Assembly (NCBI GenBank): GCA_002104905.1
Contig: MCFE01000291.1
Span: forward strand, 38,457-102,456
DNA length: 64,000 bases
Direction of reading: 5' to 3'
Origin: Basidiobolus meristosporus CBS 931.73
Lineage: Eukaryota; Fungi; Basidiobolomycota
Of this stretch, positions 1-10,105 are shown piece by piece. Below the pieces are notes generated by a model, which saw only the letters and a list, made by a program, of their open reading frames with translations, was not told where the DNA came from and did no database searches. The stretch's first letter is position 1, and the number at the start of each line of letters is the position of its first letter. Both the position numbers and the translations under genes were made by a program.

Positions 1-3000
1 AATATGATCAGATCCATAATTCTGATTATGTTGGCTGACAACTCCCACTGAATATGAGATATCTGGACGTGTTCCAAGCATGATATACATCAGACTGCCG
101 ACCATAGATTGATAAGGAAAGTCAGGGCTTTCAGATGGCACCAAGCTCTCTTGATTTGGTTGAGTTTTGACCAAGTTAAGGTTTGTCTCCATTGGGGTAG
201 CTGCTGGTTTACAGTCTTCCATTTTGTACTTCTTTAGTATATCTTGAATATACTTGGATTGACTTAGGGTAATAGTCTGGGTACTTCTGTCTATGGAGAA
301 CTTAATCCCTAAGTAGTAACTAAGTTCTCCTAGATCGGACATCTTGAACTCCTTAGATAGGCTGGATTTAGTCTCTTCCAATGTTTCTAGGTTATTGGCG
401 GCTATAATAAGATCATCCACATATAGAGCTAATAGAACTGGATTTGCTCTATCTGGCTTATAGTATATACTATAGTCAGCATTACTCCTTTTGAAACTCA
501 AAGATTCCAAATAAGAATCTATCTTGCAATTCCAGGCTCTCAGGGATTGTTTGAGACCATATAGTGACTTTTTAAGCTTGCAGACCAAATGGGGGTTATC
601 TTGGTCAACAAACCCATCAGGCTGGTCCATATACACGTCCTCATCAAGTTCTCCATTCAAAAATGCAGTTTTTACATCCATTTGATGAATAAAAAACTTA
701 TATTTGGCTGCAATAGCCAATATTAATCTGATGGAATTAAACTTGGCTACCGGTGCAAAGGTCTCAGTATAGTCAAGTCCTTTTGTTTGAGAGTATCCTT
801 TGGCTACAAGTCTTGCTTTGTATCTTTCAATTGTACCATCAGCCTTGTATTTTGTCTTGAAGACCCATCTGCATCCAATTGATTTTTGGTTGATTGGTAA
901 TTTGACTAAGTCCCAAGTTTGATTTTCCATCAGTGCCTGATATTCCTCAGTCATTGCAGATCTCCAAAACTTCATCTGAGGGCTATTTAGGGCCTCCTTT
1001 ACAGTCTGTGGCTCATCAACATGGACTGAATAGGCATAGGCTAAGTTTGTACCCTCATTGATATAGTAATTTGGGCTATTTCTTGTCTGATTGGATCTCC
1101 GGGCATTTGGTACTGGAATGATCACTTCTGGGATATTCCTGGGCACTGATTCTGGCTGAACCACGGTTGTAGAGTCCTCTGGAGTGAAAAAATTTTCATT
1201 GTTTTGCTCTGATTCAATCCTGACAATTGGTGGACTTGAGATCAGATTTTTATCATCATCTGATGTCATTTTTTGTGAAAATTTTGAATTTTCATCAAAC
1301 AACACATCCCTGGACTTGATCAGCTTCTTTGCTTTGGTATTGTAGAGTCTGTATGCCTTACTCTCATTGCAGTAGCCCAAAAATATGCATTTTACACTTT
1401 TTGGCTCAAATTTTGACTGATTTCCGGCCAGTTTTTTGGCATATGCTGTACACCCAAATATTCTTAGATGTTCTGCACTTGGTCTGTATCCATACCATGC
1501 TTCAAATGGAGTAGAATCACAAAGTATTCTGTTATAACTCCTATTTTTAAGATATACAGCAGTGGCAACTGATTCCGCCCAAAAATCATAGGATAATTTT
1601 TGATCATGGATCATAGATCTTGCCATATCAATTATTGATCTGTTAGCTTGTTCTGCTACTCCATTTTGCTGTGGGGAGTATGGTACAGTAGTCTCTTGCT
1701 TTATCCCATGAATTTTGCAGAAGTGGATGAAGAGTTTTGAGGTATATTCTCCACCATTGTCAGAGCGTATTTTCTTGATTTTTTCACCAGTTTCTCTCTC
1801 CACCATGGCTTTAAACTCCCTGAGCTTAGACAGAGCTTCTTCCTTTCTCTCCATGAAGTAGACCCATGTGTATCTTGTATAATCATCAATAAAAGTGATT
1901 AAATACTTCATCCCGCCTAAGGATAAATTTTGCATAGGTTCACACAGATCTGAGTGAATTAGATCTAATTTTTTCTTAGTTTTGATTAACCCAGAGCTCT
2001 TGAACGGTTGTCTGGCTTGTTTCCCATATATGCAGGCTTCACAGTGCTCCAAAATAGCTGGGGGATCAATTTTCACTCCAGAAATTAGCTGATCTTTGAT
2101 CATTTTACGCAAATAATCAAAATTGATGTGTCCAAATCTCCTGTGCCAAAGCATTGGTGTTTCTTCATTTAAGTTACTTATATTGGCTTCCAGATATGAT
2201 GGAATATAAGTCAACTTGTATAGGTTCTGATCTCTGATGCCCGAAGCAATATGAGCACCATTTTGATCAGTGATCCTGCATCCAGAATTGTCAAAACTGA
2301 AACTGAGTCCTTCTGCTGTGGCCTTGCTTACAGAGAGTAGGTTCTTGGCTATTTCTGGTACATAGAGTACTTCTTTAAAGGTCAGTGTATGGCTTCCTTC
2401 ACTGCTTCTAAGGTTTACTTGGATAGTTCCTTCTCCCACTGCATCAAGTGTTCTATCGTCACCCATGAAAACCTTCTTAATTGGAATTTCTTGATATTGG
2501 GTAAAAAGTTCTTTTTGGTGTGTAAAGTGTTGAGAACCTCCAGAGTCAATATACCACGTCTGAGAATCCTTGTTTGTGGTCATATTTAGTGCAGATATGA
2601 ATAGTCTATCTTCAGTTGTTGCAGCATTTCCATATTCAGGCTTCTTTTGCTGATAATCTCTCTTTTTGAAACACCGGTCTGATGTGTGTCCTTTCCTTTC
2701 ACAGTAGTTGCAAAATAGGTTGCTGTTGCCTTTGTAGGGTCTTGGGTACCTCCTTTGTTGGTTATCATTGCTTATTAAAGCATTTTCTTCTTCCTTCTTA
2801 TTGGTGCTTGATTTTCTTAATTCTTCATCCAGGAGCCTTCCATATATGTAATTTAAGGTCAAATCTTCAGTTCTGGACTCTAGGGCTGATACAAGGCCCT
2901 GAAACTCATCTGTCAGGCTATTCAGGATGGTAACTATCACATCCTCATCAGTAGTTGGTACGCCCACAGATTTCATCTCATCTACCAGCAGGGTAATTCT

Positions 3001-3414
3001 GTTAATTAGATTTTTCATTTCTTCTCCTGGCAGCATCTTTGTAGTAAAGAATTTTCTTCTCAGATACATTTTCTTGGCAGCTGAACATGACTGGTAGGTG
3101 TCTTCTAATGCCTTCCAGGCATTCTTTGCCGTTTTTGCTCTTGCGCATTGAATTAGCAATTTGTCCTTGACATTAAGGCAAATGCAGTTAAAGGCACTTT
3201 GTTCTTTCTTCTGGTACTTTAAGGCTTCCTCTCCCACGTTTTTAGCAGGGCATTCTTCTCCCATGACAATATCCCAAAGGCCTCTTTCTTGCAGCAGCAT
3301 CTTCATCTTCACCTTCCACACTTGGTAGTTAGATCCATCCAACTTTTCAGCAGAGGGAAAAATTCCAGTAATAGCAGTAGTAGACATTGCAGAGAGTGAC
3401 AGCTTGGGGCTCAT
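1..3414 (-). CDS. Gag-Pol polyprotein of copy 1, apparently uninterrupted, 3' partial
   Basis: ATG at 3414 (MSPKLSLSAMSTTAITG). 3414 nt is 1138 codons, ending ...NYGSDHI at base 1. The ORF track lists no stop-terminated ORF in this frame, consistent with a frame open to the edge. Confidence 0.88.
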   Translation of the reverse strand, partial: MSPKLSLSAMSTTAITGIFPSAEKLDGSNYQVWKVKMKMLLQERGLWDIVMGEECPAKNVGEEALKYQKKEQSAFNCICLNVKDKLLIQCARAKTAKNAWKALEDTYQSCSAAKKMYLRRKFFTTKMLPGEEMKNLINRITLLVDEMKSVGVPTTDEDVIVTILNSLTDEFQGLVSALESRTEDLTLNYIYGRLLDEELRKSSTNKKEEENALISNDNQQRRYPRPYKGNSNLFCNYCERKGHTSDRCFKKRDYQQKKPEYGNAATTEDRLFISALNMTTNKDSQTWYIDSGGSQHFTHQKELFTQYQEIPIKKVFMGDDRTLDAVGEGTIQVNLRSSEGSHTLTFKEVLYVPEIAKNLLSVSKATAEGLSFSFDNSGCRITDQNGAHIASGIRDQNLYKLTYIPSYLEANISNLNEETPMLWHRRFGHINFDYLRKMIKDQLISGVKIDPPAILEHCEACIYGKQARQPFKSSGLIKTKKKLDLIHSDLCEPMQNLSLGGMKYLITFIDDYTRYTWVYFMERKEEALSKLREFKAMVERETGEKIKKIRSDNGGEYTSKLFIHFCKIHGIKQETTVPYSPQQNGVAEQANRSIIDMARSMIHDQKLSYDFWAESVATAVYLKNRSYNRILCDSTPFEAWYGYRPSAEHLRIFGCTAYAKKLAGNQSKFEPKSVKCIFLGYCNESKAYRLYNTKAKKLIKSRDVLFDENSKFSQKMTSDDDKNLISSPPIVRIESEQNNENFFTPEDSTTVVQPESVPRNIPEVIIPVPNARRSNQTRNSPNYYINEGTNLAYAYSVHVDEPQTVKEALNSPQMKFWRSAMTEEYQALMENQTWDLVKLPINQKSIGCRWVFKTKYKADGTIERYKARLVAKGYSQTKGLDYTETFAPVAKFNSIRLILAIAAKYKFFIHQMDVKTAFLNGELDEDVYMDQPDGFVDQDNPHLVCKLKKSLYGLKQSLRAWNCKIDSYLESLSFKRSNADYSIYYKPDRANPVLLALYVDDLIIAANNLETLEETKSSLSKEFKMSDLGELSYYLGIKFSIDRSTQTITLSQSKYIQDILKKYKMEDCKPAATPMETNLNLVKTQPNQESLVPSESPDFPYQSMVGSLMYIMLGTRPDISYSVGVVSQHNQNYGSDHI

Positions 3415-3418
3415 AACC
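3407..3418 (-). promoter_or_regulatory. Primer binding site GGTTATGAGCCC, complementary to the anticodon arm of initiator tRNA-Met (half-tRNA priming)
   Basis: Directly follows the LTR end ...CTTACAACA. The same 12-mer is at 61684-61695 and a one-mismatch copy is at 57742-57753. It contains the gag ATG. Confidence 0.85.
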
Positions 3419-3768
3419 TGTTGTAAGAGTCTTGGAGATATTGGAAGTGACTTGGAGAATAAGTAGATTATGTGGTTTTCACTTAATGATTTATTGAATG
3501 TAAAAGTAGTATTTATACTTTTACATGGTCTTGGCATTACAAACATGTAGAATAGATTAAGGAAGGTCCCAAGAACATGTGTGCAAAGTTTGGGGCTGTT
3601 TGGACAACTTTGAGAATTTTCATGTTCTGGGTACCTGGTATTTTGGTGAAAATATTCTAAGTAAATCCCGACAAGGAATTTGGTCAGTATTCTCTAGGAT
3701 TTGAAGGTGATGATCTAAGTGACTAAGTTAGGTGAATATTTAGGTGGAAAATACGAATTTTTACAACA
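3419..3768 (-). repeat. 5' LTR of copy 1 (350 bp, TGTTGTAA...TTACAACA termini)
   Basis: Highly similar to the LTRs at 56779-57128, 57393-57741 and 61335-61683, with 8 bp inverted termini. Confidence 0.95.
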
Positions 3769-3950
3769 CCAAAAACATGTGTGCAAAGTTTGGGGCTGTT
3801 TGAACAACTTATCAAATTTTCATGTTCTGGGTAAATATTCTGAGTAAATCCCGACAAGGAATTTGGTCAGTATTCTCTAGGATTTGAAGGTAGTGATCTA
3901 AGTGACTAAGTTAGGTGAATATTTAGGTGGAAATATGAATTTTTACAACA
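3769..3950 (-). repeat. Partial LTR (5' half) into which copy 1 inserted in the same orientation
   Basis: Resumes the LTR sequence at CCAAAAACATGTGTGC and ends TTTTTACAACA at 3950. It carries a deletion of about 17 bp after CATGTTCTGGGTA. Confidence 0.88.
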
Positions 3951-4769
3951 ATGTAGACTACAATTTAAGTAACTAAGTTGGTGGAATATTTAGGTGTAAT
4001 TATAAGACATACAACTTTGTCACTTATATCATTTTCTGTGAACTTCACTACTGGTCAAATTCCTTTGTTGTTTGATTTTCCATAGTTTGGTCAAAATGTC
4101 AAGCACATAGTGCACGTAGGTTAAATACAATGCCTAATAGACACCAAAATCTGTACATGTACTTCTGCAACCTCTAAAGCATACCATACAGGCTTATTTT
4201 GCCAAGATCATGGAGAAGTATGGAGACCACTTTTTATTCCAAAGATCATCAAGTGAGAGCCACATCACCTTGTTACTTCTGTTACTTGGGATATCTCCAT
4301 GGCTGTGATATCACCATGATATTTTATTTATAGTTGTCAAGATACTGTCAATATTTGGCAGAGCTTGTAGAGTATATCAATTTTGTTGTAATCATTTAAC
4401 TTTCACCTAAACCACTCAAATATTCCCTAAGAAACAAAATCAAGAAAAGGCCAGCAGAGTACCATCATAATGATAGCTAAATTCCCAGTATCGCAAATAT
4501 GACAACTCTCCATATCTCAGGTACCAGCTGTTGGGCACACCAGCAGATAAATTCTCTTGAAGGAGACTATGCCAACTTGCAATCAGACCAAACTTGGCAA
4601 TCAGCTGATTACAACTTATGCCAAAAATTGCAACTAAAAGTTTAAGGACAAAACACCAGCTAAATACCAGCAAAATATCATTGGAATACCAGCTGAAAAG
4701 CAGATGAGTTGCAAGTTTGAGAGTCTTCATTAGGATTGTAATATTATACTGGGCTTATTACTAAGTTTT

Positions 4770-5117
4770 TGTTGTAAAAAAGTTGTAATTCCACCTAAAT
4801 ATTCACCTAACTTAGTCAATATTTAGGTGGAATTCCAAATTTTTAAAACACTACTTATAGATTAAGTTTGTAATATACATAGCTAATTCACAATTTGTGA
4901 AGGTCTGCAAGGTATCAATATGTTCAAGCTTGTCCAAATGCCCCCTAACTTGGCATACAGCTTCCTGTGACCTTACCTATAACATTCTTATGATCAGCTT
5001 TGCAAAGCCCCCCTAAAAGTGTAAATACTCTATCTTAACTAACTGAAACAACAAGTGAATGGCATGCAACTCTTCTAGTTCACCTAGTCACTTCCAATAC
5101 TCCCTGTAATCTGACAA
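4770..5117 (+). repeat. Degenerate composite LTR remnant (two LTR 5' ends head-to-head, then the 3' part of a related LTR)
   Basis: 4770-4803 and 4818-4850 are inverted copies of the LTR 5' end. 4851-5117 resembles the 3' part of the solo LTR at 5372-5709. Confidence 0.7.
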
Positions 5118-5371
5118 TGATTTTTTATTGACTAATGTTGTAAGACCATTATATTCTTAGCAATACTCTTGAAAAGAACTTAATGATAAAGCTTTACTTT
5201 TTTGGTATTATTTGAGGACTTAGAAGCTGTCTATTCATTTGGGATTGTTTAATCATCATCAGATGTTGTATGTAACTTTCTGGAAATTCCAAGCTTTTAT
5301 TGAGATCATTGCAAAGCTCAACTTGCAGGATTAATTTTATATAGTATCATGGAGTTCCTTCAGCTTCCTTA

Positions 5372-5709
5372 TGTTGTAAACATTTACTTTACACCTAAAT
5401 CACTCATACAGTGCAAGACCTTACTCACCTTAACGCAAAGTTACAAATTATTTAAGATTCAGCTTGTAAGATATTAGATTAGAATTAGTGAAAGCCTGGA
5501 AGTTATCAATATTCTGAAACTTGTCCAAAAGCCCCCAAACTTTGCACACAGCTTCCTGAGACCTTCCTTGCGGCATTCTTATTATTAGTTTTACCAAGTT
5601 CTCTGAAAGTATAAATAGTTTATTTGAACTCAGTAAAACAACAGCTGAGTATCGTGCAATTCTTCTAGTTCTCCAAATCACTTCCAATACTCCCTGAAAT
5701 CTTACAACA
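5372..5709 (+). mobile_element. Solo LTR of a related copia subfamily with an intact 5 bp target-site duplication
   Basis: TGTTGTAA...CTTACAACA termini. CCTTA flanks both sides (5367-5371 and 5710-5714). The internal TTGTCCAAAAGCCCCCAAACTTTGCACAC matches the main family LTR. Confidence 0.92.
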
Positions 5710-6461
5710 CCTTAATCACTTGCCATACTTGCTACAGTCCGACGGCATGCATTCATTGATAATAGTGTTATCGGAAAGGCAAAAAATGAAAGCTGCTTCA
5801 GAAATTATAACAAGTGGGCTGGGATATTTCAAGACTCAAAACCACACTTCAAGTTTATGGTTACACGAAAGGACCAAGTAACTATATCAATATGCTTTAG
5901 TATTAGTAGTAGTATGGTGTTATAAATCAATAACCCTGTCAGCATAGGCAGAGGAGGTGAGTGATGGTATTTAGAGAGTAGCCACTACCTAGCACTAAAT
6001 CATCCAGTCCATTATTTCTGCATGTGTAGTATACTGCAATAATTCAATCACCTCCAGCAAAATATAACAGCGATCAGATCCCAACAGACCTTGTCTCCTC
6101 TGCAAACATGAATACATATCCAGGAATATATGTGGGAAAGAAGGGATACTCAGCAATAATATATAGTATTGCAACTTGAAAGCTCAATGATCATTATGTC
6201 ATACAAAGGGTGCTCTCATATTAATGTTTATCCCTTTTCCTCAGACACCTACTCATGTACATAAATACAGATCATATGAATGGGTGATGCAAGGATGTCA
6301 ATTGATACCAATGTTACGGATCATCGAAAAATAGAATATACAAAATGGGATTGAGCCCCTGCACAAAATTCTCATGTCTAATTCAATACCTTTGGAGTGA
6401 AATGGCCTGTTTCGAAATCGTCGCAAATACTGTGCTCTTCTGAATAAACATAATATCTACC

Positions 6462-7014
6462 ATGCTGGAAAAATTAAACGAACTTGACCAAGACTTCTTG
6501 AATACGTTGCAGCAAATCTCAACCGCAAGCGACCAGAATTCTACAGATCAAACGATACATTGTTCGTTGTCTAATTGTCGCCTACTCTCACGATCAACTG
6601 CTCCTAACACACTAAAAAACTTATGTAGCACTAGAAACAAGCATATCAAAGTTCATTCAACTATCTAAAGATCTAGAAACTCAGCTAACAGCACTGAAAG
6701 ATAAGGAATTTTCAGATGAAGCAGCTACCTTGGAAGAGGTAGATTGATAACAAAACTGAAATGAAATTTATATACTTACATTCTCGGCCTTCACTATTTT
6801 ATAGGAAATTAAGATCTTGAAAGAAGACATTCGTACAAAAGACCAAGTCATCGACAAGTATGTCGATCAAATCAAAGAGTGGGAGAAAGAGCTAGGTTCC
6901 CTGGAAAAACGCGATGCTGAGATAATGCTCAAAGGCAGTGAAGGCAGCTCGGACATGTCACTTACACAGACGAAATCCGAATTGAGGCCAGTAGTTGAAT
7001 TTGAAGAGTTTTGA
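6462..7014 (+). CDS. MED28: Mediator subunit 28-like protein (3 exons: 6462-6561, 6629-6738, 6805-7014)
   Basis: Spliced product MLEKLNELDQDFLNTLQQI...SKFIQLSKDLETQL...LEEEIKILKEDIRTKDQVIDKYVDQIKEWEKEL follows the MED28 pattern as I recall it (KFLDIARQTE...[33 protein letters not shown]). Introns are GT-AG. Confidence 0.7.
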
Positions 7015-7878
7015 GCGTTAAGCTCAACATTTAGTCAACAAGTATTATGTATGCACTAGTCTTTCTGCTCATACCATCACGACTGTCACTGAATGGGAAG
7101 TCTCAACTATGAATGACGTAAATAGAACCCAGATTCTACTACAAGTCGAGATGCGAATTAGCAGCACTTCAGATGATTGGCGAGTGCATGAAACCAATAT
7201 TTACGACCAATAAATCCACTGGGCACGTAGAGTAACTTCTAATTTCCAGCTTTTGTCAGTTGAAATCCCTAAAATATGCCGTGGTGAATGCTAGCAATAT
7301 ATGCTAATGCATGTAATGACTGATCTTTCAAGAGAGGCCAAGTGACCAACCACGTTCTACCAGACAGCTCTTGGTGAGCCCCGAATGTGATTTTTATGAT
7401 ATTCCACATTTCCTGGGATCAGGCTGAATTAACGAAGGGAATATACTTGATTTATCTCTGAACAAGGCTAATTTAATTGTCGCGTTGGATGTCGATCCAA
7501 AAGCTGTATATGACCCAAGCCGTGATATATTTAATCATGCCAATTGCCTGTCCCTCTTATTTACAGACAGCCTGAAGCTTGACACGTGTTGGCCACTTGG
7601 AAGTACTTCTCCGCTTGCAGCGTACTATTTATCAACCTTTACAGTACAGCTACTTATTTTAGATAGTTATTTGTTGCTCCATACTTGAAACACTCCAACC
7701 ATAACTCCGCCGCTCTATTGCTCTTGAAGTTGTCACTGGAAATATCTTCAAGGCTAAGGTAGGGTCCTATTGTCGTTTGTTTCCTTACTCCTCATCCTTA
7801 CTAATCGCTGCCTTAGCCAAAGTAACATCAGGCTTTTGTCAAGTAATTACAAGCCTTGATACTAATAATAAATACAAT

Positions 7879-9572
7879 ATGGCCTCTTTATTAACTAATC
7901 GCCAAAGAGAAGAATTGTACGTAGCCAACTTGATACCTCGCTTGGATATGGAAAATGTAAACTAATATTCAACAAGACAACGGGCTATTCTAGATTTTTT
8001 GCATGTAAATGGCTATACAGATTCCTACGAAACACTAAAACGTGAAAGTCATAATGAGGAGTTCAATCCGGACCCAATGCAGAAATATACTGGATTATTG
8101 GAAAAAAAGTGGACTTCGGTTATTAGATTACAAAAAAAGGTAACCAGACGCTGGACCATTGCTGTTTCCATTGGTATCTTAAACTCAACCTTCGGAACAC
8201 ACTGTTAACGTGATTTTGTATAAAACAATAGATCATGGACTTAGAAAAGCAGATGTCACAGATTAAAGAGGAATTAAGCTCTGCACCTATTCGTAAGGCC
8301 GCCAACTCCGTCGATTGGATTCCTAAAGCGCCAGAAAAATATAATCTAACTGGACATCGCAACCCCATCACTCGAATCGCTTTTCATCCCGTCTTTTCGA
8401 TCGTGGGCTCTGCGTCAGAGGATACTACCATTAAAATCTGGGATTACGAAACTGGCGAATTTGAGCGTACTCTGAAAGGCCATACTAAGGCTGTAACGGA
8501 TATCGTTTTTGATGTCAAAGGCAACTACCTTGGTAAGCATAGACCACGCCAGCATTCGCAGCTACAAGGCCTTAAATTCAACTAAAACTCCATGTTGCAG
8601 TTTCTTGCTCCGCCGATTTAACCATTAAAGTATGGGATCTGACTAATGACTACAAATGCATCAAAACCCTGTTTGGACACGACCACAGTATCTCCTCCGT
8701 TGTTTTCTTCCCTGCTGGAGATAAGATTGTTTCAGCCTCAAGAGACAAAACCATTCGTATATGGGATTTCGCATCTGGGTATGCTCACTTAAATGCCAGA
8801 TGTTTACTGAGCTTTCTTCTGAGAAATACCCGATAGATACTGCGTCAAAACCCTCACTGGACATACCGAATGGGTGCGGAGTATCTCCATTTCCGAAGAC
8901 AACCTACTTTTTGTATCAGCTTCTAACGACCAAGTAAGTGGTGGCTTAGCTTTTGCTACATATAGTTCACACCTCATATGTCGACATGTTTTAGAGTGTG
9001 AAGGTTTGGGATGTTGAGACCGGGGAGTGTAAGCTGGATCTGAGAGGCCATGAACACGTTGTTGAATGCGCCATCTTCGCCCCCGTCCTATCATATCCTT
9101 ACATTAGAGAACTGGTCGGGATAAATGTAAGGTCGCCCGCTCATACCCGTCGTGTATTCACTTACAAACTTGTCGGTTTTTAGGGAAATTCCAAAGATCA
9201 ACCGATACCTGGGCAATTCATCGCGTCAGGATCCAGGGATAAAACTATTAAATTATGGGACGCCACAGGACAATGTATTCGTACTTTTGTAAGTGTCCCA
9301 ACATTCATTGAGTTGTTGCAATATCTCATGATCTTCTCCAGGTTGGGCATGATAACTGGGTTCGCGGCTTGGTATTCCACCCTAGTGGCAAATTCCTGCT
9401 AAGCGCCTCTGACGACAAAACCATCAAAATATGGGAAATCAAAACTGGTCGCTGCATGAAGACTTTCGAGGCACACAGTCATTTCGTAACATGTATAGCC
9501 TTTAATATGTCGAGCCCAGTGGTTGCTACTGGAAGCGTTGACCAGATCTTAAAAATATGGGAGTGTTGCTAA
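7879..9572 (+). CDS. LIS1: LIS1/NudF/Pac1 dynein regulator (LisH, coiled coil, WD40 repeats), multi-exon
   Basis: [89 protein letters not shown]; ends LKIWECC. Confidence 0.97.
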
Positions 9573-10105
9573 ATGGAGAACCGTTCACAATGTACGATAT
9601 ACGATACTCCTTTGTGAGGTTCTAATGGTTTTACGTTCTAGCTGCCATGGCAATTTGCTGGTCAGCTCTTCTCAGACGCTTTATTCCCTGAGCAAATGAT
9701 ATACAGAGTATTCCCTGGTCAAACATCTTCAACAATGCCTTATGGGCGAATGATGGTGTTTTTATCTTTATTTGCATACTGTTTACGCATCGATCTCTAT
9801 TTTTTTCGTATTCTTAGCTGCTCACATATATACCCGCTATATCACAATACTCTTTTGTATTACCCTATCTTTTAATGAATTCAAACTAATTATCCTAGCA
9901 ATAGGAGTTGAAAACCGAATACCTGTAAGAAACACAAGATATCTAAAGACTAACACTTTAATTTATGGAATATTTAGTGACTATATGGATAATTTGCTGA
10001 TACATGGCATCAAATAACTAGCAGGGCAAACACGATGCAAGCATATTGACTTTCAAAATCCAATCACACAATAAGATTAAGTAGTAAAGTATCCAGATGG
10101 CCGTC

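Larger units (their letters stand above)
1..3768 (-). mobile_element. Ty1/copia LTR retrotransposon, copy 1 (5' LTR, PBS, gag-pol; runs off the left window edge within RT)
   Basis: Minus-strand translation gives Gag with a CX2CX4HX4C knuckle (CNYCERKGHTSDRC), protease WYIDSG, integrase HHCC (WHRRFGH...CEAC) with core HSDL...RSDNGGEY, then RT with YVDD. The PR-IN-RT order is the copia order. Bounded by a 350 bp LTR at 3419-3768. Confidence 0.97.

Noticed and set aside
3419-3950. Tandem repeats resembling a CRISPR or satellite array
   Set aside because: Fully explained as one LTR inserted into another LTR; there are no regular repeat-spacer units.
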